From a virus (Duplodnaviria > Caudoviricetes), in IMG/VR virus record IMGVR_UViG_3300031965_000023, positions 1,362-65,361 of that record: DNA of 64,000 nt. The stretch is one strand, 5' to 3'. Below are positions 18,025 to 27,436 of the stretch, in pieces (position 1 is the first letter of the stretch; the number at the start of each line of letters is the position of its first letter). The translations under genes were made by a program, and so were the position numbers. Under the pieces are notes generated by a model. It had not been told where the DNA came from and made no database searches. It was given only the letters and a program-made list of their open reading frames with translations.

Positions 18025-18746
18025 TTTGCCTCCAACGTTGGTTTGAGCCAGACATTTCCCATGTCGCGCTCGAATACGATCATTCTTACGTGTGGATATA
18101 GCTCAAGAACCTGTAACGTCTGTAGAGTATCATATTTGAAACATCGAAACAGTTCTTCTCGTATTCTTTCTTTTGGGATCACTTGAAGATGCACTGCTAG
18201 TTGTTTAATGGAGTCAGTCAGGCGGCTATCTGGTTTCAGATCCTTCGTGACGAAGAACCTTATCGCCCTCAAGATTCGGAGTGGATCTTCTATCAATCTT
18301 TCTTTGGGATCACCGACGGCTGAGAGGACACCAGTGGCGAGACTGAGACGACCATTGTATGGGTCGATTAAACTACCAGCTTCGTCTACAGCCATCGCGT
18401 TACATGTGAAGTCTCTCCTAGCTAAATCATTCTCTAGCCTCGTTGGAGTGACTAACGATGGGTGGCGCTGGTCGCGGTATGTTGTCTCTGCCCTACAAAG
18501 TGTAAAATCCGCCGGGCCTTCAAAATCTTTTTCGAATCCGAATGCTCCGGCCTTGATGGCCCAATGTCCTCGGACGGTTACAAACTCGGGGATTGTTATA
18601 TAGAATCGTACCCCCCGAGTGGACAGGGTTTCTAGCATTGACGCGAACGAGGGGGCTTCGACTGCAAAATCTATATCCTTCGTTTCGTGCCCTAAAAATC
18701 GGTCTCGGACAGCGCCTCCGACTAAGTAGATTTTCGGTTCGGTCAT
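18021..18746 (-). CDS. cca: tRNA nucleotidyltransferase (CCA-adding) / poly(A) polymerase family, short form
   Basis: YLVGGAVRD, DIDF, DLARRDFTCNAMA, EDPLRILRAIRF. Confidence 0.88.
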   Translation of the reverse strand: MTEPKIYLVGGAVRDRFLGHETKDIDFAVEAPSFASMLETLSTRGVRFYITIPEFVTVRGHWAIKAGAFGFEKDFEGPADFTLCRAETTYRDQRHPSLVTPTRLENDLARRDFTCNAMAVDEAGSLIDPYNGRLSLATGVLSAVGDPKERLIEDPLRILRAIRFFVTKDLKPDSRLTDSIKQLAVHLQVIPKERIREELFRCFKYDTLQTLQVLELYPHVRMIVFERDMGNVWLKPTLEAK

Positions 18747-18998
18747 ATAGCAATTACCATATAGTGAAAGAGTTTATCCTTTTTCTTACCCCCGGTTACG
18801 CGACGGTGTTGACGAATGAGTTTGGTTCCCGGAGGGCGGGCAATGGCTGCCCTCCTGGCCTCTGTCGCGGAGAGTCCCGCGTATAGGATTGTGTGCGGGG
18901 CAAATTGTATTGTAATTGTAGTTTGTTTTGTCATATTGCTCTCTTTCTGGATAAAGGAATATGGTGTTTCAGGGTGAAACTCTCTAAGTCACGAGGGA

Positions 18999-19027
18999 AG
19001 TATAGCATACCAGCACGGGTAAGTCAA
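18999..19027 (-). promoter_or_regulatory. sigma70-type promoter
   Basis: TTGACT-17 nt-TATACT with extended -10 TG. Confidence 0.8.
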
Positions 19028-19043
19028 ACTTTTGTGTGTCCTG

Positions 19044-19259
19044 TCATGTGATTTTCCCTTTTTGTACTGCTTCTCGCAGCTTCGCTGTTGGACAGAAGAA
19101 CTTTGGATCATACCCAAGGTTGATGAAAAAATTGAAAGCCATTGTGACCGTATAAAACGAGAATGAGGTCACAAACAAACTTTTCTCTGTTTCAGGGTCA
19201 AGCCCCCGGCAAATGATTTTTTCATCCTCTTCATCGAAGATGATAATCCCCTGATGCAT
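19044..19259 (-). CDS. hypothetical protein
   Basis: 71-aa ORF behind AGGAGG-like RBS. Confidence 0.45.
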   Translation of the reverse strand: MHQGIIIFDEEDEKIICRGLDPETEKSLFVTSFSFYTVTMAFNFFINLGYDPKFFCPTAKLREAVQKGKIT

Positions 19260-19631
19260 GAGTGCCTCCTAGAACTTCTTTAATCGAGTTTGGGTCATGT
19301 GAACACCCCCCCGAGGGATGGGCTAGTCTGTGCGGAAAAGTAAAACTTTGTCATCGAGGGGTTTGGTGGCGTAAAGATGGTTGAGTGTTTCTCTTACTGA
19401 CCGCCACGCTTCCCACTGGAGGCTGTGCTTTTTGCATGGGATGTTGTCAAGAATTCCGTATGCATTTTGAAGAGCGAGGACTACCATCTTGTGTTCAGCT
19501 TCAGTGTACTGGATCACTTGTTTTTCTCCTTTATTACGGCCTGACAAAGTGCGCGGATATAGCGGATTACAAGCGTGCATTTTTGATTAAACATTGCACG
19601 TTTTTGAGGGGGAGATGCTTGTTTGATCCAC

Positions 19632-20519
19632 TTATCTAGTGTCCTTAGGTTTCGCAAAATATGTCTTGCTCGTTTTTCTTTTTTGCTCCTGTGCCGGATT
19701 AAGGTTAAGGATTCCACTTTCATACAGGCGAGATATCCTTTCTGAGTGTTCGTACTCATGAACTAAATGGTCGGGCCATCCCGTGTTTACTCTCGTTAGA
19801 CAATGGGAGGAAAAATCATATGAGACTTTTTCGGAAAGTCTCTCTAGACTGGTTGGCGTTACTTTCAGAAGAACTCCTTCTTGTGTTCCTTCTATGTGCG
19901 GACGTTTGTTCAAGAGGAAACAGTAAAGAAGGGCATCGAGGAGAATTGTGTTAGTTGAGGCCCAGATCATGAGTTGTGTTTCGTCCGGGAGCTTGAGCTT
20001 TGTATAAAATGTAGGATTTCCGGAGCGCATTAGATAGATTTCATCATCATGAGCGATTGCTAACGCACTCGGTCCGTCTGTTGACGTAATGAACTTTGGT
20101 AGACTTGTGATGCCGTAGGAATGGATAAAGTTTGTTACGAGTTCAGAATCGACACCACTCTTTTTGCGTAGAGAAAATTCCTGTTTCAGTGAGTGTGTAT
20201 CGAAGAAAAATCCATTATGAACAGTGATTGTATTTCCTTGCCGGAATGGTTGCGCTTGCTTATCTCCAAGTCCGCCAGAGGTCGGTTGCCGGGTGTGAGC
20301 GAGCATGTATTTGGTGTCTCTGTCAAAGACGGAGAAAAAATCACTCGTGTCGATGAAGGAGCTTGGTTCCAGTGCTGATTTACACAAGTGATCATTCGCA
20401 TAGACACCTGCGCTTTGACCCCCTCGCTCTTGACCGTAAAAGAGTAAGCTCGTTGTGAGCCTCCTGGCGAGCGATCTTTCTAGCGGATTTGAGGCGAGAA
20501 ACCCACTGATACTACACAT
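19632..20519 (-). CDS. class II (Ntn) glutamine amidotransferase
   Basis: N-terminal Cys (MCSISG), RGGQSAG, AHTRQPTSG, VHNG, VDSE. Confidence 0.85.
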   Translation of the reverse strand: MCSISGFLASNPLERSLARRLTTSLLFYGQERGGQSAGVYANDHLCKSALEPSSFIDTSDFFSVFDRDTKYMLAHTRQPTSGGLGDKQAQPFRQGNTITVHNGFFFDTHSLKQEFSLRKKSGVDSELVTNFIHSYGITSLPKFITSTDGPSALAIAHDDEIYLMRSGNPTFYTKLKLPDETQLMIWASTNTILLDALLYCFLLNKRPHIEGTQEGVLLKVTPTSLERLSEKVSYDFSSHCLTRVNTGWPDHLVHEYEHSERISRLYESGILNLNPAQEQKRKTSKTYFAKPKDTR

Positions 20520-20533
20520 TCCAGTTCCTTTCG

Positions 20534-21760
20534 TTAGGCGGTTCGTTTGCTGGACTCCAGGGACTTTAATCCACGGCTGCCACGAGTTTGTTTGATCCTT
20601 CGGACAAGTTGTTTCTTAAAAGAAAGGTTGATGGGAAGTTGTTGGAAGAGAAAAATTAATTTCTCTCTCTCTCCCATCGAGAGCACTTCGTCTAAGTGGT
20701 CCGTTGAGATGTCGATCTGGGAAAAATACTCGAAGAAGGTTAAGAGGAAAAGTATCCAGTTTTTGATTTGGATGTAGTTGATTGTGCCTTCATGGATACG
20801 TACTTCATATGAACCATGCTTTTGACGGGCTGTGGCGTTTAACGAATTGTATCTATTTGTGCTCCATCGGATAGCGTTTGGGACGATTCCGGAGATGGGC
20901 TCACAGTATTGATTTTCTTCTCTCGACTTTTCTACAAAAAGAAATATGATCGGTTCTAAAGCAGACCACCAGCCTCGGATGTTGTGTAAGTGCTGTGCAT
21001 TGAATCCTCTGGTGCTGATGTGAATGTGAAGACCGCACGAATGGTTGACGTAACAATTACTATTGTCAAGGGTAGAACAGACAGATTTGATGATATTTAG
21101 GAGTCTATCACCGTTTGACGGGTGGATAGCTACTTCTTCACCAAAGTATCTATCCTCCGGGGGGTCGTCCTCGTCGTAATTCTCATACTGATGTTCGGCA
21201 TTTGGTTCTACGCTTCCATCTTCGTGGATATCCGCATCATTGAATGACATTCCCTCGCGTGTGAGATATTCAATCTCGACACCTACAAATCGCTTGAAAG
21301 GATTGTAAATAAAGTTTTTGGCGGGGAGAGCGGTAGGTGGAAGCCGACAACCCTGGCAGAGGTTTCTTGAGTTTTCCCATATTACACTATTGCACTCAAG
21401 ACAATGTGATGTGTACTGTTGACATTCTTTACATATCCTACCGTCTGGCCCTGGTTGTATTTGATGTGGGAAAAAAGGATTATCGCACCGGTAGCAGTAT
21501 CCAACGCATTCCCCACAAATAACTGCAAAACTACCTGCAAACACGATAGTCTGCAAGGAATGGAGGTTTGTCCCACAATTCCTACAAACGAGATCTGGGT
21601 CTATTTCTGTTGGTGGTTCCTCACAAGTGGTGTGTTCCGAGTCTACACTTCCCGGAGTTTCTTCTGGGGTTAGATTGTCTGCTATATGCGGAATGTGACG
21701 CCTAACTCTTGGCAATTTCTTCCTCCTTCGATTTGAACCAGGAGATGAACGCGTGGACAT
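20534..21760 (-). CDS. putative amidoligase (COOH-NH2 ligase type 2) with N-terminal Zn-finger repeats
   Basis: FVGVEIEY, EDGSV, VNHSCGLHIH, RYNSLN, HGSYEVRIHEGT; several CxxC pairs. Confidence 0.82.
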   Translation of the reverse strand: MSTRSSPGSNRRRKKLPRVRRHIPHIADNLTPEETPGSVDSEHTTCEEPPTEIDPDLVCRNCGTNLHSLQTIVFAGSFAVICGECVGYCYRCDNPFFPHQIQPGPDGRICKECQQYTSHCLECNSVIWENSRNLCQGCRLPPTALPAKNFIYNPFKRFVGVEIEYLTREGMSFNDADIHEDGSVEPNAEHQYENYDEDDPPEDRYFGEEVAIHPSNGDRLLNIIKSVCSTLDNSNCYVNHSCGLHIHISTRGFNAQHLHNIRGWWSALEPIIFLFVEKSREENQYCEPISGIVPNAIRWSTNRYNSLNATARQKHGSYEVRIHEGTINYIQIKNWILFLLTFFEYFSQIDISTDHLDEVLSMGEREKLIFLFQQLPINLSFKKQLVRRIKQTRGSRGLKSLESSKRTA

Positions 21761-21876
21761 CTTCTAGAAGGATTCTTGTTTTTTGTGTTGCTCGGTTTGG
21801 GTGTGTTCCTTCGCTCCTGTGGTGTGGGTGTTTTGGGTTTTTCCTGAACTTGTGGAGTTTTGTGAGTGGGCGCATA

Positions 21877-22113
21877 TTAATCCTTATAGTAATCTGTGAC
21901 CAGATGGACAAATGCGATAATTGCAATAAATAAACAGAGAAGCATCAGCGCAAAAATCCATCCCATTTTGAGCCCAAGAAGGGAGATAAATGCGATAGTC
22001 GCTCCAAGAAAAACCTGGGAATCTATTTGCCTCTTGGTCATTTCTTTCCTCTTTTTTGAGTCAGGGAAGGTCGGAGGGAAGATTAGTTGTTCTAGTGATT
22101 TTCCGTGCGGCAT
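21877..22113 (-). CDS. hypothetical membrane protein
   Basis: Two hydrophobic stretches. Confidence 0.4.
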   Translation of the reverse strand: MPHGKSLEQLIFPPTFPDSKKRKEMTKRQIDSQVFLGATIAFISLLGLKMGWIFALMLLCLFIAIIAFVHLVTDYYKD

Positions 22114-22246
22114 TGTTTTTCAATCCACCTTTCTGCATCCTCTCGGGTGTGGAAGGTTGTGTAGATTGCACCTGTTATCGCATTGGCGACGTGAAAGTGT
22201 GTTTTGTGTTCACCGTGCCAAGTGATAATTCGGTAGTGGCTTTTCA

Positions 22247-22438
22247 TCATGATTCATCCTTCTGACATCCTGGGCACAGTGGGTTGAGATTTCTTCCTAT
22301 CCACTCTCCCAACCGATGAATCTCCGGAAAATCTGTGGAGCGAGTAAATGCAAAGTAGAAGGAATACCACTCCCACGATGCCTGATCTTCCGTGGAAATG
22401 GTGGTTCCACAGTGGTTACATGTTATTGTGTGTTTCAT
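22247..22438 (-). CDS. small Zn-binding hypothetical protein
   Basis: MKHTITCNHCG...LCPGCQK (63 aa). Confidence 0.45.
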   Translation of the reverse strand: MKHTITCNHCGTTISTEDQASWEWYSFYFAFTRSTDFPEIHRLGEWIGRNLNPLCPGCQKDES

Positions 22439-22583
22439 CTTTGGTAGGCTCCATGCGATGCACAGTTTCCACAGGTTGAGCATCGTGCTTTTCCACACGA
22501 GCACCTTTGTGTTGTGGTCATCCAACCGCATGTGCATTTGACGTTTTTGTACCAGCGTCGCTTTTTGAGAATTTTCTTTCTGC

Positions 22584-23336
22584 TCATCTTTTGATCCCTT
22601 TCTCTGCGAAAAGTAAAAGGACAAGCTCAATCGCAGGCTTTGATGGCCCTGGGGACCACAATTCTCTTTTTTCTGTGAAATTTGCAGCACGTTGCCATCC
22701 TTTTACCATTGGACAGGCACCGTTGTTCGCCCAAGTATCAAATAGTTCGGGGTTAGGATGGTTGGCTGCATCATAACGCATCAATTCTTGACAGAGTTTA
22801 TCAGAGATTTCGCCCCACTGCGCGGTAAGAAGTGCAGGGGCGGATTGAAGGTCGGCGTATCGAAGGTCGGCGGATCGAAGGTCGGCGTCTTGAAGGTTGG
22901 CGTATCGAAGGTCGGTGGATTGAAGGTTGGCGGATTGAAGGTTGGCGGATTGAAGGTTGGCGTATCGAAGGTTGGCGGATCGAAGGTCGGCGTCTTGAAG
23001 GTTGACGTATCGAAGGTCGGTGGATTGAAGGTCGGCGTCTTGAAGGTTGGCGGATCGAAGGTTGGCGGATCGAAGGTCGGTGGATCGAAGGTCGGTGGAT
23101 CGAAGGTCGGCGTCTTGAAGGTTGGCGTATCGAAGGTCGGTGGATTGAAGGTTGGCGGATTGAAGGTTGGCGGATTGAAGGTTGGCGTATCGAAGGTCGG
23201 CGGATCGAAGGTCGGTGGATCGAAGGTCGGCGGATCGAAGGTCGGCGTCTTGAAGGTTGACGGGTTGTCCTTCACCATCTGATCTCAACCAGCCTATGTG
23301 GAGAGAGAGGATTCTTTGAATATCAGCCTCTTCCAT
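22584..23336 (-). CDS. pentapeptide repeat protein
   Basis: 28 tandem (A/T/V)(D/N)L(R/Q)x units; start at MEEADIQ behind GGAG. Confidence 0.9.
   Translation of the reverse strand: MEEADIQRILSLHIGWLRSDGEGQPVNLQDADLRSADLRSTDLRSADLRYANLQSANLQSANLQSTDLRYANLQDADLRSTDLRSTDLRSANLRSANLQDADLQSTDLRYVNLQDADLRSANLRYANLQSANLQSANLQSTDLRYANLQDADLRSADLRYADLQSAPALLTAQWGEISDKLCQELMRYDAANHPNPELFDTWANNGACPMVKGWQRAANFTEKRELWSPGPSKPAIELVLLLFAEKGIKR
22845..23265. repeat. 15-bp tandem repeat encoding the pentapeptide units, with a 225-bp higher-order duplication
   Basis: Units of GAAGGT(C/T)GG(C/T)N; the block ANLQS x3 TDLRY ANLQD ADLRS recurs 15 units apart. Confidence 0.9.
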
Positions 23337-23397
23337 ATTCCACTCCATTCTTTTGGAAACGCGAAAACGAACATATCGTGTGATATGCTCGTTCGCA

Positions 23398-23529
23398 TTA
23401 GTATCGCCACCACCAGAAAAGAAGGTCGATGTCTTTGACTCTCCAAAGCATGTAAATAAGGAAAAATAGCAAGAGAAACGTGGAGATGAGTCCCGTGGTT
23501 CCACTATCATCATCGTTGGAAGATTCCAC
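23398..23529 (-). CDS. small single-pass membrane protein (not in ORF track)
   Basis: AAGGAGG RBS, GTG start, MESSNDDDSGTTGLISTFLLLFFLIYMLWRVKDIDLLFWWWRY. Confidence 0.5.
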   Translation of the reverse strand: MESSNDDDSGTTGLISTFLLLFFLIYMLWRVKDIDLLFWWWRY

Positions 23530-23952
23530 TTTTCCTCCTTCACTATTTGTCACTCGAACCCTTCGAGTGTGCATCCCACGCCGCGTGCAGGCTAGTGAAT
23601 TGTGGGATTAGAACGTGCGAGAGTAGGCTATTGCCTCTAACCATAATTATAGCCGTTGCCACACTCGGCGTTAGTTTCCGAATGAGGGCGTTCACCTGTT
23701 TGGCCGTGAACTACTCTCGCACGTTCTACTGTTTTGTTTTCCTTTTTTACTCTTTGTGGGAGGAACGGATGATCTCGTTGAGAAGGTCAACGAGTTTAGA
23801 GATGTAATACTCTTTGTCTTTCCGCAGACACTTGAGCGGGACTTCGATAGAGCAGATGAGAGCTTCGATTGCTTGGCCGTTGTCCGAAAGCGCCTTGTTC
23901 CTTCGCGCTTCTCTGTCCATTTCTTTCGAGAGAGCTTCGAGTTGTGCGCGCG

Positions 23953-24156
23953 TCACTTGACGCGCTCCATTCTTTGTGCGGCTTGCTTGTAGATGCTCGC
24001 CGTTTCTTTCATCCCGCAGCGGCGTGCGTCCGCGGCAACGTTTCGCAGATCGGCGGGCGTGTATTGATTCTTCTCCGCCCACATGATTGTTTCGAGGATA
24101 CTGAACTCTTTTTCCATCATTTCCTCTGGGTGTTTGTGCCCCTTCGACGGATTCAC
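23953..24156 (-). CDS. hypothetical protein
   Basis: 67-aa ORF. Confidence 0.4.
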   Translation of the reverse strand: MNPSKGHKHPEEMMEKEFSILETIMWAEKNQYTPADLRNVAADARRCGMKETASIYKQAAQRMERVK

Positions 24157-24226
24157 GTTTTAGTCAGTGTGTTTTCTACACTGTGCGTCCTGCGCCGCGA
24201 GCAGGCAACGTGATAGCAGGACAGGC

Positions 24227-24253
24227 AAAAATGCGGCGCGTTTCCACGCCGCA
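24227..24253 (-). terminator. intrinsic terminator
   Basis: TGCGGCG-TGGAAACG-CGCCGCA followed by TTTTT. Confidence 0.65.
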
Positions 24254-24351
24254 CCTTTGCCTTTGACACGCGGGCGATTGTGCGCTCCCCGGCGCTGCGC
24301 GTTTGCGCGTTTGGGTGGAGCCGGGCGCACGTTTCCGCGTTTGCTGCGAAC

Positions 24352-24675
24352 CTAGATGGCCGCGATCGTGGAGCCGGGCCGCTCCTTCTCGAATCGCTCA
24401 CGCTGCGCGACCGTGAGACGCGCGACAAGCGCGAACTCCTTGCCGGTTTCGATTGCCGTACCATCGGACGTTGACGGCCAAACAGCGTACAGAGCCGCTT
24501 CGCCCGTTTCCGCAAGCGCGATTGCGACGCGCTTGCACGCTTGTTTGACTGCCGCCGCCGAGTACGGCACGACGCCCGATTCACCCGGCGCGAGCGACGC
24601 AATGTCGTCACTCAGCCCGGCCCGCCTTGTCTTGGGTGCCACGTCAGGCAATGGAACGTTTCGCTTCAGTAGCAT
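24352..24675 (-). CDS. hypothetical protein, first leftward gene
   Basis: 107 aa behind GGAGG. Confidence 0.55.
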   Translation of the reverse strand: MLLKRNVPLPDVAPKTRRAGLSDDIASLAPGESGVVPYSAAAVKQACKRVAIALAETGEAALYAVWPSTSDGTAIETGKEFALVARLTVAQRERFEKERPGSTIAAI

Positions 24676-24971
24676 TTGCCTTGCCTCCGCTTGTCTTTCG
24701 TTTTTTGTTTTGTGCCGCTCGGTGCGGCAATCTACTTGTCAGGGGAGCAAGGCGCGTGCCGGAAACTGGCGCGGCTGTAAGTTATTGCGCCGCAACGGGT
24801 TGACATGCCCCGGACCTTGTTAAATCATGCGAAACGCAACGAGTGAGCGGGCGGAATGCAAGCTGGTCGCGTAACGTATTGTGCCACAATGGGTTACGGG
24901 AGCGGGCGGATTCGCGTCTTGCATGGCGGCGAGCGGGGCCGAGAATGGCAGAGAATTGACAATTCCTTGAC

Positions 24972-25000
24972 TTGACTTGGCATGATCCTTGTGGTATAGT
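24972..25000 (+). promoter_or_regulatory. sigma70-type promoter facing the late operon
   Basis: TTGACT-17 nt-TATAGT with extended -10 TG. Confidence 0.75.
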
Positions 25001-25117
25001 GCCCAAATGTGCAGCGTCTCGGATTGAAACGGCTCACTCTACTGCCCAAATGTGCAGCGCAGGGCGTTGCAATCTGTGACATTGCATCGCGCATGGTCTA
25101 GTGCACGGATGTGCAGC
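25000..25117 (+). repeat. direct repeats TGCCCAAATGTGCAGCG (25000, 25043) plus partial ATGTGCAGC (25109)
   Basis: Seen directly, overlapping the promoter start site. Confidence 0.7.
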
Positions 25118-25230
25118 AAGGCTGGCGACCGCGTGCGCTGCGGACGGGCGACGCGACGGGTGGGGGACGACCCCCCAGGCGGGACTCCTAATTAAAAGGA
25201 GGGAGTTCGTTTATCACGCAGGAGGAAAAT

Positions 25231-25941
25231 TTGGTTCGCACTCGAAAAACTTATAAAAGAGCCCTCAGGGCACTGGCGAAAGAGTATATTTTACAGAATC
25301 CTTACGCATCTGTCGCACAAGCGGCAACAGCAGTAGGGGCCAGTGAGAAAACGATTAGCAATGCCCGGGCTGAATTAATTAAACTAGGACTTGTTGAGCG
25401 GCATCCAGACAACCACAGAACACAAGGGATAGGAACTATCAAAAGAGTCGGGCCAGTAATTCCTGACGAACCAGAAAAATTAGAAAAAGTTACTGCGCGA
25501 CAGTTAATGGATGAAGTTGAACGAGAAGTTTTAGTCGCGGGAACTTCGCTTGAACGAGATCTTGATCCAGTCGAGATGAAACAAATCCTCTCTCGTCTGG
25601 CACGAAACCCAATGATTGCCCCCCAGGTCAGAATTGCGGCAGTCACAGCTAAAACTAAACTCGATTTTGAGACTCAAGACCGACATACACTCGGGCCAGG
25701 AAAACCTATGACCCGGGCAGGGGCAGAAGACCGGATGAGTATGATGATGAAAGCACTGGGGCTAGAGATAACAGTATCAGCATTTGAGAAAACATTCAAT
25801 TGGAAGGGAGTTTCGAGTGACGAAACGACGGATGGGGAAAGCGCAATTCCTCCGGGAATTACGGAAACTCCTAGCGAGACCCGAAACGAGAGTAGTGAAG
25901 AGAAAGTTGAAAGTGTGTGGGGAGAGTCAATGGCAGTATGA
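25231..25941 (+). CDS. putative terminase small subunit (N-terminal HTH)
   Basis: First late gene; ASVAQAATAVGASEKTISNAR helix-turn-helix; synteny. Confidence 0.5.
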   Translation: MVRTRKTYKRALRALAKEYILQNPYASVAQAATAVGASEKTISNARAELIKLGLVERHPDNHRTQGIGTIKRVGPVIPDEPEKLEKVTARQLMDEVEREVLVAGTSLERDLDPVEMKQILSRLARNPMIAPQVRIAAVTAKTKLDFETQDRHTLGPGKPMTRAGAEDRMSMMMKALGLEITVSAFEKTFNWKGVSSDETTDGESAIPPGITETPSETRNESSEEKVESVWGESMAV

Positions 25942-26200
25942 AGAGACAGAAGACGGACCAAAGATATCTAACATTATTATTTACCTCGATGAACGTCGAG
26001 ATGGGCATGTCCGTCTGATTATTCATGAATTACTCCATATTTATAGTCGAGTTTACATGAATATCTATTCTCAAGTTGTAGATGATCTCGAAGAAGGAGT
26101 TATCCTTCAGTGGGAGGCACAACTTTATTCATACCTCCACGCTCCCCACCGAGAAAAATTACTAGAATCATGGTCTAAAGCTATTCAAAGAAAATTGTGA
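25817..26200 (+). CDS. HEXXH metallopeptidase-like protein
   Basis: IIHELLH; GTG start behind GGGAG; overlaps the previous ORF by 125 nt. Confidence 0.55.
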   Translation: MTKRRMGKAQFLRELRKLLARPETRVVKRKLKVCGESQWQYEETEDGPKISNIIIYLDERRDGHVRLIIHELLHIYSRVYMNIYSQVVDDLEEGVILQWEAQLYSYLHAPHREKLLESWSKAIQRKL

Positions 26201-26207
26201 GGGCCTT

Positions 26208-26561
26208 ATGGAACGCGCACATCTTAGTCGGTCAGACATGGGGCATCTAGGTGAGGTTGATTGTTGGTGTGAACCTACACCCCGAGTGTACAAATATCCG
26301 GATCACCGAAAAATTATGGTGGTTATCCATTACGATCTTGATCCAGCAATGTCAAGAGAGTCAATCCTCAACCTTCGTGAAATTCATCGAGATTCAATCA
26401 CGAAATTATTAGATCAGGTTGACACAGTAGTCAAACCTCCTACTTTTTTTGGTTTAATGCCGATAGACTCCGCACGAAAATCCGAAGGAAAAATCGATCC
26501 ACAGATACAACGACTCTTCGCAGAATTTAAACGCAAAAACTTCGATCAAGAAAGAGAGTAA
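26208..26561 (+). CDS. hypothetical protein
   Basis: 117-aa ORF; H....DCWCEP. Confidence 0.5.
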   Translation: MERAHLSRSDMGHLGEVDCWCEPTPRVYKYPDHRKIMVVIHYDLDPAMSRESILNLREIHRDSITKLLDQVDTVVKPPTFFGLMPIDSARKSEGKIDPQIQRLFAEFKRKNFDQERE

Positions 26562-26562
26562 T

Positions 26563-26862
26563 ATGCCATTAATGTCTAGATGTATGAATTGTACGAGTGA
26601 AAAAGACCCGGTAGACTATGACAAATACTACTGTAGTGGGTGTGAAACTGCTCGAAAAGAAGCACGAGAACATGCGACACGGGAGAAACAAGACGTGGGA
26701 ATGGCAGAAAAACGAGCACTTATGTCACGAATCCGTCGTCCTTTCGATGGGCGAGACCCTCGGATGCCATTCGACCGAGTATCCCGTGCAGGATTAGACG
26801 AGCGAATCGCGATTGAGCCAGGATCTCCTAATGATCCACGGTTAGGAGGTATTCGCGGATAA
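26563..26862 (+). CDS. hypothetical protein
   Basis: 99 aa; CxxC...CxxC. Confidence 0.5.
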   Translation: MPLMSRCMNCTSEKDPVDYDKYYCSGCETARKEAREHATREKQDVGMAEKRALMSRIRRPFDGRDPRMPFDRVSRAGLDERIAIEPGSPNDPRLGGIRG

Positions 26863-27098
26863 TGGCAAACCCTAGACAACACCCGATAGAGCGAGCAAAA
26901 CGGAGAGAAACTGGACGGAAATTACAAGAAAAGATCAATCGGGAAAGTCCTCTCCCTAAACTTCCCTCTAAATCAGTTTTTGAGTCTTTTACCGACCTTT
27001 TAGTCTCTAAACAGAAACAACGAAGAGAGAGGCGGAATCCTCCCCCAGAGATGAAAGGCGCGGCTCATATTGGATTCAAAGAAAGAAATGAGATATAA
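26862..27098 (+). CDS. basic hypothetical protein
   Basis: 78 aa, coupled. Confidence 0.45.
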   Translation: MANPRQHPIERAKRRETGRKLQEKINRESPLPKLPSKSVFESFTDLLVSKQKQRRERRNPPPEMKGAAHIGFKERNEI

Positions 27099-27112
27099 AG
27101 AAAGGAAAATGT

Positions 27113-27433
27113 ATGCGAAAATTTCTTCGCAAGTGGTTGGGGATTCAAGACATTGATGAGACCTTAAATTATTATTCAGCGAGGTTTGGGACGAGTGAAA
27201 CAAATTTGATAGATGATTTTAACCGGTTAAACACGATGGAGAGAGATCTTCAGATCCTTATCTCATACGCTAACGGCCAACAACCAAATTTTGGACCAAA
27301 AAATGGTGTGCGACGTGGGGTTGGTCCCTATAATCTTGCTCCCCGCGCTTTAGAAATCGCAGGAGAAGTAGAACAGGCAATGGCAAAAGCATTACGCCCC
27401 CGACGGAATAGAAAAAAGAAAAAGCGACGGTAA
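27113..27433 (+). CDS. hypothetical protein
   Basis: 106 aa with basic tail. Confidence 0.45.
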   Translation: MRKFLRKWLGIQDIDETLNYYSARFGTSETNLIDDFNRLNTMERDLQILISYANGQQPNFGPKNGVRRGVGPYNLAPRALEIAGEVEQAMAKALRPRRNRKKKKRR

Positions 27434-27436
27434 TTT

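Noticed and set aside
22758-23282. Long ORFs 22758-23282 (+) and 22781-23278 (-), and a possible CRISPR array
   Set aside because: These are shadow frames of the 15-bp pentapeptide repeat. There are no unique spacers and no cas genes.
24153-24611. Arg-rich ORF 24153-24611 and other overlapping ORFs in the GC-rich region
   Set aside because: Alternative frame of 24352-24675 that runs through a terminator; typical GC-rich shadow ORF.
24800-24828. Promoter at TTGACA (about 24800, + strand)
   Set aside because: No acceptable -10 hexamer at 16-18 nt spacing.
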